Source of the DNA: Antedon mediterranea
Taxonomy: Eukaryota > Animalia > Echinodermata
Length of the DNA stretch: 64,000 nucleotides
Assembly: GCF_964355755.1 (NCBI RefSeq)
Contig: NC_092671.1
Location: 26,486,070 to 26,550,069, forward strand
Direction of reading: 5' to 3'
The notes under the pieces are model-generated. The model was not told the origin of the DNA and ran no database searches. It saw nothing but the letters and a program-made list of their open reading frames with translations. The position numbers and the translations under genes were made by a program. Of this stretch, positions 1-13,079 are shown piece by piece (position 1 is the first letter of the stretch; each line of letters begins with the position of its first letter).

Positions 1-15
1 ATTGGGTAAATTACA

Positions 16-217
16 CAGACATGGTATTCATTTCATTAACATTGTTGTATTAAGCAGGTTTTGTGCTAATCTACTTTGTTTGAGGGGATTTCAATACTCT
101 TTTGAAAAGACATCTTGTTGATCAGGATGCTATTGAAGTATTTATATTCTGAATGAAATAGGAAGTGACACTAGTATAAAAGTATTATGGCTGTTCTTGG
201 TTCAGCTACAGTGGCAA
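16..217 (+). repeat. Direct-repeat copy 1 of a segment repeated at 9241-9796 (empty-site copy)
   Basis: cagacatggtatt...gttcagctacagtggcaaag aligns by eye with 9241-9373 plus 9741-9796; a single aaatagga at 156-163. Confidence 0.9.
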
Positions 218-1059
218 AGTTATTGAATTTAAAATCAAAGTGTTATACATAGGTGACCTTAGTGATTGAGTGATATTAGTAGCTGCTATAGATATTATAC
301 TGTAGTTTATGCCAGTGTTTTAGTTTGTTATTTTGTTCTACAACTAATTAGGAAGTGTATTTTCCACCGAACAGGTTGGTTGGTTTGTTTTTCTGTTGTT
401 ATATTATTTATTTATTTACATTATAGAGTTTGTTGGTTAGGTTATTTTGCTACAACTATGTGTCTGGTCTAGATAACCTGGATAACCATATCTCTTACGA
501 ATGATAGACATAAACATTTACTACACTCTTCCATGGTACAAAACGTAACTTTGTCAGGTGAAGAGGCTTAGTGATTTGTTTTAGCAAATTTATAAACTAC
601 TGTAATTTTCATTTTCTCATCAAAATACAGTAAGCTAATGTGTGCAATACTTCTGATTAAGCATTTAATTTAAGCATATACTCAAGATTGCCTTTTACCA
701 ATATTGTAATTGTGAATTTTATACTATTGCCAATGTAGAATGATATATTTACACTGTAAATTACAGTAATTATCCAATTTGTATTTTATTTTACTTATAT
801 TGTTTTTACTTTTGTATATTTGATTTTGTTTATGGGATCCACCAATGATATACAGTACTACAACTACAATAACAACATAAATAAATAAAAATAAAATAGC
901 TAATGTTTGTATATATGAACGTTTGTTTAAGGAAGGCAAGTTGTCGCCTACAGTACCTGCGGGTACCATATCACTTTTGTATATTATGTGTTCTTTCTAT
1001 GACACTACTGTAGTAAAGAAAAAGAATATAAACTACAGTAAAGGAGCCCTTTAAAATAC

Positions 1060-1412
1060 CAAATGAAAAATGTAAAAAAATGTAAATGTGGGTGGAATAA
1101 CCTGTAAATTGCAGCCTACTGGGCTGAACTGCGTGCAGGTGTGGACGACCCATACAGCAACTTCTTCTCCCCTAAGGGTCTTTTTGAGTCCTGCCACCAA
1201 ACAGTGCTTATTTGTCTGTCCACAACGGGAGCTGAGATAAAACCAGTACCCCAATGAACTGGGTTTTTTAAAGTACACACAAGCCTGATGTGTACACTGG
1301 ACCTCTAGCCCTTATCCGGGAAGACTTGTTCTACCACCAGAACAATGGTCAAGGAGTGCCTTGAACCTGTGTATACCCGATTTTATCTGATTTAACCAAT
1401 TGGCCACTCAAC
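1060..1412 (-). mobile_element. tRNA-derived SINE with Nin/Deu-like central domain
   Basis: Minus strand shows A-box-like tggccaattggtt, B-box-like ggttcaagg, core cggataagg..gaggtccagtgtacac..actttaaaaaacccag and an (acattt)n-like tail; related core at 17430-17510. Confidence 0.6.
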
Positions 1413-3330
1413 TCAACTCAAAATGTGGTTTAATAGCATATACCAAAAGTTTGTATTTTTTGGAAGGGCACCTTATAAGTACCATATTACTGTATACCGG
1501 AATACCTCCCTCGATTTTAATAAATTATATTTCTCCCCCCCCCCCCCCCCAAACAAATGCCCAGAGGCCTTTATTTATTTCCTCAAAAAATGTACCCCAC
1601 ACACCATGCACACATTTATATTTGTAATTTAGTAGAATTCAGTAATTTACATGATCTACAATGTACCAAGTATTTTGATACAATTTTAACTGTATTTTAT
1701 TACTTCTCGATTTTAATTTAATGTTGTATTTTTTTTCATATCTAGGGGAGGTATTATTATTTTCTAAGAAATATAGATTTTAAACATAATGGGACACTTG
1801 TTGGTCCATCAACCTCGTGGCCTTGTACAGTTACGTTACAGTTTGAATAGTAAAACTATTCTGTCACTGATGTCTGTAGGCTAGTGTTATTAACTATTAA
1901 TTAGCAGGGTATGATTGCATCAATTATGCCATTATTCAAGTAGGAGAATTAACATTCAACTACAAGTATTTGTTGTTGCCATTAAGGTCATTCTCCTTTA
2001 CACTGTTAATTTTGTCAAATAAAGTAACATACAAGTATATGCCTACTGCTGAATACAAATATTTTACAATAACATCTCATTTAGAGCAATGTTGTTGTGT
2101 AAATTGAGGTTTTACTTTGAAAGCTTGAAAAAATACACCAATAGAAATTACTTTTCTAATGTTACATAAGCAGTGTTTACTGTACACGCACAAGAGTTAA
2201 CTCAGCTATATACACGCTTAAAGCAATTCATACTTAAACAGTGCTATGTTGTTAAATAATCTTCCGTTCTGTGAAATGGAACAAGTTTGAATGTAACTTC
2301 GAGTTACATCCTCGGTAAGTACGCAAGACATAATCAATTATCTTAACCTCCTTTTCATTAATCCTGATATAATATATAGTTTCTCAGATAAAGATCTGCT
2401 GAAACTATAACTCGGATATAATCGAAATGTAACAACATAATAATTGCTTCCCATCGGATGATTAACCTGTGAATGTTTTTTTTGTGCATGTCAAGCTAAT
2501 TCGCAATACAACTCTGATAGTCCGCAATATAACTCTGATACTGTATGATAAAAAACAGCAAGTTAACATGGCTTAGGAGGAATAACATATAATGTATGTA
2601 TAGCTCAGTAATGACATACACAAATACATAAAACAGGAGGCTTGCCAACTTGAACATTGTTACTACTCTACCTTATTTCTCTTTAATTATGTATTTTGTA
2701 CTGCATTTATATATTATTATGAAGGAAATAAATATTATTGTGAAATTGTAAGGTCTCACAGTTCAGTCAACAATATCTCGTGTTTTTTACTTCACATTAG
2801 CAAAGTCTGAACAGGACCTTCGTATAAACTTGAGTAACCTCATCCGATTAACAGAGTCAGTAAAAGACTTTTAAATTGTAGCTTACCAGGTATAAATCCT
2901 CGTTAATTAATATATTTTGATAAACAAACTTTGTCTGTTTATTTCACATAATTGAATCTTGAGGTACAGATAGATTGTACTACACTGTATGTATACATAA
3001 CGATGAACTGCGTGAGACTATATATATCTCTTGATTTGGTCTAATGGTATTGTCTATGGTCGTTCCAAGGGAAAACAACGTAACTACAAAATGTTACTTT
3101 TCGAGAAAAATTGAATTAAAGTTTGAGTGTTTGGATTTCAGCAAAAATTTATCATAATGATGTAAAATTTTGCATGAACAATATAAATAATTATGAATAA
3201 ATACAAAATTGTAAATAATTTTTAACATACGTTGTTTTGCTATAAATAGGTCCATGATTGAAGCATGCCTGAACTTTTCGTAAATGTAGTTAATTCTTAG
3301 AATAAATATAAATACAGTAAATTAGTATTA

Positions 3331-5690
3331 GGCTAGTCAATCTAGCTAAAAAAACAGCCTAAAGTCAAACAAATTGCAAACAGAGATTTTTCTTTTTTAA
3401 ATGGTCGCATATAATGAGGAGATCAAAATTTGAGCATCACACCTGTCACTCATCCTGATGATATGCAAATTAGCTTAAATATGCAACTTAGGGTGAAATT
3501 ACATGGTTATCATATCTCAAAAACTACTAGTCCGAGAGAGTTGATTTTTTCACTTATACTGTATATTCAAAATGTATATGTTTATATTTGCTCTAATGAA
3601 ACATTTTACAAAAAAATGACCGGAAGTACAACATTTGACCCGCGACCTCATTTTTCAATGTTTTCATACATAATGTGACTAAAGTGTCTGTAGAGACTTT
3701 ATTTTGCCTCAAATGACCCCGATATAGGGTCCTAATAGCCAGCATAGCACCACTTTATAATTCCCAAAATCACACCTTTGTCACACACCTCGAAAGTATG
3801 CAAATTAGTAGTACAAGTTAAATAAAATATGCAAATAAGGAAGAAAAATTACAGTTGTCCTACATCTCGAAAACTACTAATGCTAGAGAGTTGATTTTTT
3901 CACAGCTGTATTCAGAATATACATATTTCTATTTGTTCCAATGAAACATTTTACAATATAACTAGATTTAATTCGTCACTATGACGAATTATAGGTTATA
4001 TGCATTGATTTAAATAAAGATAATTGATTTTTAAAAGATATATTGATTGATTGATTTTCTCAGAATCTTTAATTATTTATAATATATGATAGGACGTGAC
4101 CTTGCCTTGCTAACCCGACCACCATAGCTGGTATCACAATCCGATCAAAGATCCATATGCGTATAATGTCATAAACCACATTTGTTGTTACATAATAATA
4201 AAGACATAAGTTAATTTTTATCTAGATTTCATTATAAATCATGTGTATAATCTATACACTAAGAAATAAATTTGAACAAACAATACGGATAATAAAAAAA
4301 AAAATCTTATTTCGTTTCCCAAGGTGAGACTCGATCTCGGTACCTTGAATGCCATAGACACGAGCACAGACCATCGAGCCATACACCACTGACTAAAAGT
4401 TGTAGAAAAATTCCTCCGTGTATTTACTATGCAGTAACCAGTTTGGTGCAAATAGATTATTACATACCGCAATGAATTATAATTTTTTACTATGATGACA
4501 TCTTTAAAATGTAAACAAATGATGCACTGTCAAACTATATACTTTTAACTTTAATATATGAACTTTGGAAGGAAGAAAGTTAATGTTAAGTTTGTTATTT
4601 TGGCCTAAGAAAATGTCATAATTTGTTTGATTGTCGAAATTATTTTTTTTAAATTTAATATGCAATTAATGATGACTTAATCAACTTTTGTTCTCTTAAT
4701 TTGATAATAAATCATACATATGATACATATACTTCAAGAAAATGAAATAAAAAATAGGTGTTCCCCTGCATTCTGACGATATATATTAATTTTAAAATTT
4801 AGCATATTTTCACCATTTTGTTAACTTACACGTGCGTAGCCTGTCACATTTGACCTGCTCGTATAACGCTGTTTCGCGTTGAAAAGTGAATAAAATATGA
4901 TAATATTATTAAAGAAAGGTTATACAACAGTAATCGGACAAAAACAGTGCGCATTAACGTTTGACGCGCAGTGCACGTGCAAAAATCTGCGCACTCATGG
5001 CAATTTTTTAAACGCTTAAAATTGCCTGAAACGTACTCTAATTTCATCGAAAATAAATTCTGACAATTTTCAACATTTTAAGCGCGCGTACGCATGCGTT
5101 ATATGCGCTACGCACGTAATTGTATTGCCATATGATGAAATATGACCTGAAATTTATGAGTACCAAATTTTGTTTAATTGTGATTCATGCTTGTGAAGAT
5201 ATGATTACAAACGTGATTTCGTTAAATCACGCGTAGACCGCGTAATTTTTGATTGCGCATCGTGAAAACATAACCACTTCGATTCCTGGCCATAAGGAAT
5301 ATACTCTGAAAAATTGACTTAGATAGATGAAACTGATGCCAAGATAATTCACGGACAAATAGTGCTAAGGAAAGAATAAATAAATAAATAAAGAAATAAA
5401 TAAAGATTTTGACAGAATCAAGAGGTTATATGCATATCATGCATATAACCTAAATATGTACATTCTGAACAAGTTTTCGAAAAAATCAACTCTCTCGGAC
5501 TAGTAGTTTTTGAGATATGATAACCCTGTAATTTCTGCCTAATTTGCATATTTAAGCTAATTTGCATATCACCGGGATGAGTGACAGGGGTGTGATGCTC
5601 AAATTTTGATCTCCTCATCACATGTGACGATTTAAAAAAAAAAATCTCTGTTTGCAATTTGTTTCACTAAAAATGCTAGATTGACTAGCC
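3331..5690. mobile_element. Non-autonomous TIR DNA transposon with long (~230 bp) inverted arms and TA target duplication; hosts a nested Helentron
   Basis: ta|ggctagtcaatctagc ... gctagattgactagcc|ta; 3331-3550 is the reverse complement of ~5480-5690; internal direct repeat ~3460-3610 vs ~3800-3955. Confidence 0.85.
3960..5453 (-). mobile_element. Non-autonomous Helentron (HINE/DINE-1-like), nested
   Basis: Palindromic subTIR aggttatatgcat-atc-atgcatataacct (5423-5451); second subTIR copy 3993-4005; hairpin aattcgtca-cta-tgacgaatt (3970-3990); minus-strand end CTAGTT; (TTTA/TTTC)n tract 5375-5405. Confidence 0.8.
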
Positions 5691-6101
5691 TATATGTCTA
5701 ATAGGCCTAGAATTTGTTTAATATCTTATACGTTCGTGCTATGCAAATTGTCATGCATCAGCGGTTTCTGTCTCAAAATTATGTAGCTTTGAGAATGTGA
5801 AGTTAAAATCGTGTTAAGTGAAAATCGTATGCATTTCCGTGACAAAACAACGTATCCTGTAGATACATTGTTTTGCCTTGAAAAATCCCAGAATTATTGT
5901 TTTTTCTCTAAAAATAATGATCTCTGAAACTGTTTATAAAATTGTAATTCTCCAGATCACCTTTGGCTATATTTTGAACCATGCCCCTCAGTTCAATCAA
6001 TATTTGTACAGTATCTATTTAGTTATTTTTGGAACATTATAGAAAGTATAAAGATTATACTGTGTAGAATGAAAAAAATCTTTATTTTGTGATGAACAAT
6101 T

Positions 6102-7110
6102 TTAATGTGATGCTCCCATTAGCTTTCGTATTCGTTTGTCCATCACTGATGCCTCTTCGGTATGATATTCACATGTTTTGCTAGAATTGCTGCTTTGATA
6201 GCGCATACGCTTTTTACCAACAACCGTTCCATTGACGCAATTACGACGCAACTCTGCTTTCATATTACGGAACCACAAAAGATCTTGCTGAAATGATGGT
6301 CCATAATCAGTTATACGTTTGTGCAGTCGTTTTAGAAAATAACTATACAGCATTGTATCGGCATGGTTCCAATCTCGAGCTTTTTGATGAATATCTTCCG
6401 ACATGTTGGATTTGTTGGATTCTGGTCTCTCGTTTTTGGGAAGATAAAGTAGGTCTTCTAAATTCCAGCAAAGTAATTTACTTAGTAACACTAGAGATTC
6501 ATCGTAGTACTCATTTACAAGAACTAGATTCATTTGTTTATCAAGTCTGGCTATTGTCTTATTTATAGCAATTACACTGCGGAAATCTTTCTTTGGTAAC
6601 CCAAGATCAAACATTTGACCATTGTTACTGTAGGAAGCAGATACAGCTTTAGGATATTTCTTTGGCTTTGAAAGAAAATTTTGAAATTTTGAAACACCAG
6701 TTTTTTTTTTTATGTACCTTCCTAATTTGAAAAATGAAAACGCTGATTCAAACTGTGCTGAAGGTTCTCTTAGTATGGTAATGTAAACAGGGTCTTCTTT
6801 CATGAATGTATCTAAAACTGCTCGGTTATAACGAACATGCAATGTAAATATATTGTATTTATAGTTTGCATAATCTCCCTTGGTTACATTAGGTGGTGGT
6901 AGAAATTTCCTAACTGATTTTTTGTTAAAATTTTGGTTACTAAAATGAATTGATCCCTTTTCTCCTATTTTTCTTACGAATGTGAGTGAATGTTTGAATC
7001 CGTACAACTCAATGATTCTTGCAAGAGTGGTACTACCTGTCTTGTGAGTCTTCAAGAAAACGATTGTTTGCCCTGGGTGACATTTTTGAACATCTATTTT
7101 AGGCCTAGGC
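6102..7110 (-). CDS. GAL3ST1: Galactose-3-O-sulfotransferase (galactosylceramide sulfotransferase-like), catalytic terminal exon
   Basis: Motifs IVFLKTHKTGSTT (5'-PSB), YITILREP..QFESAFSFF (3'-PB), LVLVNEYYDESLVLLSKLLCW and WNHADTMLY; acceptor ttttttgtcttttaccag ends at 7111; assignment is to the family only. Confidence 0.92.
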
Positions 7111-7205
7111 CTGGTAAAAGACAAAAAAAGTATTTTTCTTTCACAAATCTCACATGGGTGGGATGAACACAACACAATGAAAATCTCTATTATATTATTG
7201 CTTAC

Positions 7206-7303
7206 CGTTTTGAAGCGTGTGTTACGTTGTGTTGATACGGTGATGATAAATTGTAAAATACATAGCATGATATGACACACACTATTAAAACAACACCAAA
7301 TAT
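7206..7303 (-). CDS. GAL3ST1: GAL3ST-like exon encoding the type II signal anchor and stem
   Basis: tag|ATA TTT GGT... gives IFGVVLIVCVISCYVFYNLSSPYQHNVTHASKR|gtaagc; phase 2 joins 7110 in frame across a 95-nt intron. Confidence 0.82.
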
Positions 7304-7455
7304 CTATATTTTAAAAATAAAATAATTGTTTTAGCACATTAATATCATTTGAGAATTTTTGATTCACAATGTTGTTGAAAATCAACTTGTGTGCGCCTTC
7401 TGTAACTGTTCTACGCGTGTCCAAAGTTGGAGCAATGCCTTTTTGAATGGCCTAC

Positions 7456-7467
7456 CTGGCCTAGCAT
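7456..7467 (-). CDS. Candidate GAL3ST-like start exon (MLGQ; whole exon about 7456-7540)
   Basis: ATG CTA GGC CAG|gtaggc, phase 0; upstream acceptor ttctctccattcaacag; yields a 372-aa protein. Alternative start exon at 8601-8618. Confidence 0.55.
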
Positions 7468-7623
7468 TCGTCAATAATTTACGATGTATAAATTGAATAA
7501 AAGTAGATATGTTATAAAACAAATAATGAATGTTTTGTTTCTGTTGAATGGAGAGAATATTTCATTTGATGCAAAATTTTTCAACGCATGAAATATTCTC
7601 ACCATCAAACTTATATGGATGTA

Positions 7624-8524
7624 CCGTATTTTCCGGAGTATAGGTCAACCCCAAGTATAAGTCGACCCCCAACTTTGGCCTAGAATATCGTTGATTTTGG
7701 TATGACCTGAATATAAGTCGACCCCCAAAATCGGCTAATAACACAACTTACTTTAAAGTTCAAAGAGGGCTAGAAATGTATGAAATGTGGTTATTTGTTT
7801 ATATTATTAAAGTGTAGGCCTAATCAATATCGGACGGACGTAATGACGACGACTTCGCCGCCGTCTTCACCAGCCTATAATAAATGACAGCGATGTAGCG
7901 TTACTTGCCATCAGCGATGTTTTTCGCGTCACTCGAATAAATTAAAACGAGTTTTCCGTTTGGAGGCTTATAAATTGTACAGGCGAGTAGTTGTAAATCG
8001 CGTTATCTGTAAATGTACACGCGCCCGACGAAGGAGAATTTATTTTATGGATAGACATGCGCAGTAATTGTAATTACGAACAAACTGCGCATGTGTATAG
8101 ATGAAAATATCGCGCAATAACAAACATGCTGCATGGACATTCCGACGTCTGTGGTGTGTGTTACGATGTTTTCGCAAGAGTGAATAAGAAGCATAAAGAA
8201 AACTATTTATTCTTAATTATCTTAAAAGCGTAATATTAACATCAAAATGAGTCATTGTGATATATTAATATTTTATTGACCAGTACTTGTTGGAGTTGTA
8301 TTATTTTGTACAATGTAGGTATTGAATTGAAAACTTCTGTGAGTGAGTGATTGATGATAGGCCACTCACTGACCTTGCTGGGCCTTGACAGCTGACGGCT
8401 TTTGAACATATTTTTTCGGCCTGATTTTTTTTCAAAAATCGCATGGTCGGAGTATAAGTCGACCCCCAGATTTTGCAATTAAAATTTTCCCACAAACTCT
8501 CGACCTATACTCCGGAAAATACGG
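7624..8524. mobile_element. Tc1/mariner superfamily (Tc2/pogo-like) non-autonomous element
   Basis: ta|ccgtattttccggagtataggtc ... gacctatactccggaaaatacgg|ta perfect TIR; repeated subterminal tataagtcgacccc. Confidence 0.9.
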
Positions 8525-8934
8525 TAGATTAGGTTTAGATTAAGAAAAATCCTGGTACAAACCATTCCTGATAAGTAAATAGAAAGCATAGCTACATTAC
8601 CTTGAACATTGAATTCATAATGAATTACTCCAGTTTCCGTCAATGCAATATAACCTTTTATTTTAATTATTAAGTGTAATATTATTAAAAAGCTAAACTA
8701 CAAGCAGGCCAACACATTGCGAATGATATGATAAAAAAAAAACATACTTTGGCTACTAATAAGTCTGAAGTATCTGCAAATAATGATATTTGAAATTATC
8801 GTAGATGGATATCAAATTCTAAAAGAAATTATGTTTATCTTACATAAATAGTGTATACCTTTGTTCAGAGTTACAAGAAAGCCTAAACTGCCGTTAATAA
8901 AGGCTGATCATTAGGAACATAATTTCAGGACATT

Positions 8935-9110
8935 TAAAACACTTTCCCTGCATTTTTTGTCATTTTGTTAAACTAATTCATATATATTTCTTTAAAAACA
9001 TTAAACCAAGTCATTCCTTTTATTAAACATACGTTCTATGGTTAATTATGATAAAAAAAAGAAAAACCAATCTGGGGAAGACCTGGTATTTTCGCTGAAA
9101 AAAAGTGGTT
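8935..9110 (-). repeat. Internally deleted inverted copy of the 17.9-18.3 kb dispersed repeat
   Basis: Reverse complement of 18160-18235 joined to 17941-17975. Confidence 0.65.
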
Positions 9111-9373
9111 GTAGCCTACATATCACAGAAGCAAAATGTAAATATCAATCCTTGCACACGATTCACATTTTATTAGAAGCAACTTATTTTTTATGTTTTT
9201 AACAAAATTATTGTATTATAAGAATGAATTGATTAAGTTACAGACATGGTATTTATTTCATTGTTGTATTAAGCAGGTTTTGTGCTAATCTACTTTGTAG
9301 ATTTCAATACTCTTTTGAAAAGACATCTTTTTGAGGATGCTATTGAAGTATTTGTATACTGAATGAAATAGGA

Positions 9374-9732
9374 GGTAACAGGACAATTCGGCCCTGAGAC
9401 GATTTGGCCCGGGACGATTCGGCCCTGGGACGATTCACCCTCTGTTGGCCGCTTGGCGAATGCATGAAATAAACAAGGTTTTCGAAGTAATGAATTGAAT
9501 ATAAAATTACGTTTTTTAGTAATTTATTATATATATATCAATATTGTCAATATCAATAAAATACGGATTGTTAAATACCTTTGAAAACTTGAATAAATAA
9601 ATACTAAAAAAAAAAGAATATGAATTTGGTCTAAAGTGAGACGTTTCGGCCCACAAAGTGGGATGTTTCGGCCCAAAAGTTGCCTGAATAGTCCCAAGCC
9701 GAATCGTCTCAGGGCCGAATCGTAATGGAACC
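9374..9732. mobile_element. MITE with imperfect ~30-bp TIRs and 8-bp TSD
   Basis: TSD aaatagga at 9366-9373 and 9733-9740; ends ggtaacaggacaattcggccctgagacgatt and aatcgtctcagggccgaatcgtaatggaacc; empty site at 156-163. Confidence 0.92.
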
Positions 9733-10660
9733 AAATAGGAAGTGACACTAGTATAAAAGCATTATGGCAGTTCTTGGTTCAGCTACAATGGCAAAGATAT
9801 ACAATTCAAAGTGATAGAGATGACCTACAACAGTTTGAACTAAAGCTATAGACTTTATCAGCAGAGAGTAAAATCAGTCAGTGCTTTTGTTTTTTTTACA
9901 TTTAAACGGTTCGATGACAGTTTGTACAGCAGTTAATTTAACTGAATAATTCTAGTGCAATTTAATAAGGATCTTCGTACATATAGATATTAAACTATTT
10001 AGAAACATTGTCTTCTACACATACATAGCACTCGAGGCTTGTTTATTATTCTAGATTTAACTTATATTTTATTTGTACAGTTTATAATTATTAATTAACT
10101 ATTTGTTCAGGTTGTGTACTGTAAGGTAGATAAGCAGGTCTGCTGAGTGCTACATTGACGCTCTTGCTTTAAATCGTTATCTCCTTAGACACCTGCCATC
10201 TTGTTTTACATTTACATTTTTAAATTGTTATTTTGGAAGACTAAATAAACAAGAAATATTTCTTACAAAAAACGCTGCTCGCTTATTGAGTAACAGTTTT
10301 AAAGATATATTGTCCCTCTGAAAAATATTTTTTTATTTCAAATTTGTTTTTGAATGTGTCATTTTATTGTCACATAATAGTTATTTTACCTGAAAAAAAT
10401 GTTATTACCAAATACTTCAATTGTCTGTCAGACAATGTGGTTTTTTAGTTATAATTAAACTTTCTTTTCTCTTTCTATAATGTGAATTTTGTTACAGAAG
10501 TGAATAACTTTGATATGAAACAGACTCAATTTAGTTTATTTTATTGCTAAGGTCAAGTCTGGGGGTCACTTCATCACTTAGATACTTCAAGTGTGAAGTA
10601 TCATATTACAAACAAAAACTTTCGTGGACTGTTTTGATAATAATTCAATGATCTGACAGT

Positions 10661-11483
10661 GGCCCTGTTTCTGCTGCCAACTAAATACCGTATATTATAC
10701 GGTATTTTTTTAATACCGTATATATACGGTATATTTTTGGCAGCAGAAACTGCGCTCATAAAAAATATACCGTATTTTGTATACCGTATTTTCCCCACAA
10801 AATTTGTGGATAAAATACGGTATTTACAAATTTATACCGTATTTTTTGTACCCGTTTCTGCTGCCAATAAAAAATACCGTATTTTTTTTTTACATGACAA
10901 AAGGTCACCATTCGTGTTTTTATTTTCTGTCGCTGTTAGCTGCTTTACACACATGTATAGATATATTCGGCGAAAATGTGGAGCGAATACATCACAGTTT
11001 TACTAAATAAATGTGTGTGGGGAAGCTAAAATGTCTGATCAACTAAAAGGTAATAAAAGGGACAACCACATTTATAAAGACATTTCTAAAGAAATAAAGC
11101 AGGAGTATGGAATAAACTTGTCTCCAAAGCAAGTAAACTCAAAGCTGAAGAGCCTGCGAAAGCAGTACAACATTGCAAAATACAATAACTCGGGGAGGGA
11201 ACGAATTAATTGTTCCCATTACGATGTTTTCTGTGCTCTCACAACATCTCTATCACTAGGGCTAGGCTGTTGAAAGTGAGACGTAAAACTTCCTTTATTG
11301 CGACTTTTAATTATCGATCAAATAAATGAATGGCAATTTGGGTAAAAAAGATGAAATTTAACACGACCACCCAAGAAGTATTGTTAGCAGAAACGGGGTA
11401 CTAAAAAATACGGTATAAAAAATACCGTATTTTATACCGTATTTTTATACCGTATTTTGAGCAGTTGCAGCAGAAACAGGCCC
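10661..11483 (+). mobile_element. Internally deleted PIF/Harbinger element
   Basis: TIR ggccctgtttctgctgc / gcagcagaaacaggccc; 3-bp agt flanks; many subterminal ataccgtat repeats; internal Myb/SANT-like ORF. Confidence 0.85.
11031..11273 (+). pseudogene. Myb/SANT-like (trihelix-type) DNA-binding ORF remnant of a Harbinger element
   Basis: LKGNKRDNHIYKDISKEIKQEYGINLSPKQVNSKLKSLRKQY..SGRERINCSHYD fits the Myb_DNA-bind_4/MSANTD pattern; lies inside the TIRs. Confidence 0.7.
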
Positions 11484-13079
11484 AGTAAAATACAGTATTG
11501 TCATGGGACTCATAAATACCAGAAATGCAGCTGCTACCTATAAATTATAGTGGAGTTTCCATTTTAACAAAAATGTCAAAGTGTAGTACTATAACTGCTG
11601 CTTGATTTCATCTAATTAATGAGTCATCTCGTGTGACGTAGCGGGCTAGAGCAGCAGCGTGAAAATTAATTGTGTAGGTAAAAATAATTAGATAGTCCCT
11701 ATGTACACTTGCTGAGAATTTGTGAACTTGAATTAGTTTGTGATAGTGTAGGCAAAGCCTTACTATTCAATCAACAATACAGTAGTTCTATTTTTTACCT
11801 TGCTGCTATAATCTGGATTATTGACATTTAATTACAAAAAATGACCAATTAGTCTATAATGCTGTATTGTTAAACTTTCAATTGGTGACTTAGTTTTCCA
11901 AGTAGAACCTTGATATAAGCTGTTAATTTTCTATTATATAAAAAGTAGCTCAAGGTATGCTCAGACCTTACATATCGTAATCCGAGGCCACATTAGCAAA
12001 GTCTTAATACTATATTACATTTTTAAAGCAATTCGGGACAACTTTTTTAAATTATTTTACTAATTTTAGGCTGTACGTCAAAACTTCAAGACAGATCTTT
12101 ATAATGATTCATGAAACTTTTTATCTTTTTATTACTGGTGGAGGTTGCTACTATTTGATTGCTCTTGTTATTCACTGTTTCAATCCAGGTTAAATAAAAT
12201 GTACAAAATGCAAACCTTGCATTTCCTGCAATACATTTAGCAATATTGCCATACTTTAAAAAATAGTTGCTGTTTTATTAATTTTAAAATAGATATTTAA
12301 TATGTATGACACAAACTTAAAATTTTAGATGTGTTTATATGTAATGTAAAATCTGAACAAGGTTGTTGACAAAGCTGATTAATTATTAACTAACAAAGCT
12401 TAAGAGGTAATTGTATTTAACACTTATGAATTTCAAATATAATATTTGGTTAAAATGTACATAGATTAAAAATGTGTAAAAAAAAAACATGAATTTCTCT
12501 TAAATTTTCCAAATACTTTTAGCTAATTCTGCTTATAAAAACCAAACTTTAATTTCAGGAATTAGAGAGTTCGGCTTTATTTACAAAATATGTGGGGAAA
12601 ATAATGGGGATTAGTGGTTGATTATTTAAAAAAAATAACCCACAAATTATGAAACATGGGAAACTATAGATCAAGAATTATTGGAATATATAATCATCAC
12701 TTTTTATTTTTTGCATATACCTAGCCTTTAATATGTGTAAGCCCTCTATAGCCCGAGTAGCTTGAGTATATAGTTTAAAGCTCTATTTTCAAAGGTGTGG
12801 TTTGTGGTGATATTTTATTAGTGTACTGTGAAAGAACAGTGAAAGCTCTTGAATGTGATCAATCTGTATTAATGGTATTGAAATATTAATGCAACATAAA
12901 ACTGCAGAATTATCTACCAGGATATTATTGGATGTATAAATAATACCATACATTTGTAGTACAGTATATAGTAAACCAAAACAACAAAAGTGAGTTTAAC
13001 AGATTTTCGTTTTAATTCATTTCTGGTCGAACTAATTCCAAGTTACCTCTTGAATGCAGGAAGTTATGTATTAAATAAT

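Noticed and set aside
2270-2320. Strong donor cg|gtaagt next to the hairpin atgtaact-tcg-agttacat as a supervillin first exon
   Set aside because: No ATG in the required phase (in-frame TGA at 2272); cannot be supported as coding
7111-7280. N-terminal 56 aa of the 392-aa ORF-track protein
   Set aside because: It starts at GTG and reads through a GT-AG intron; a better TM exon exists in another frame
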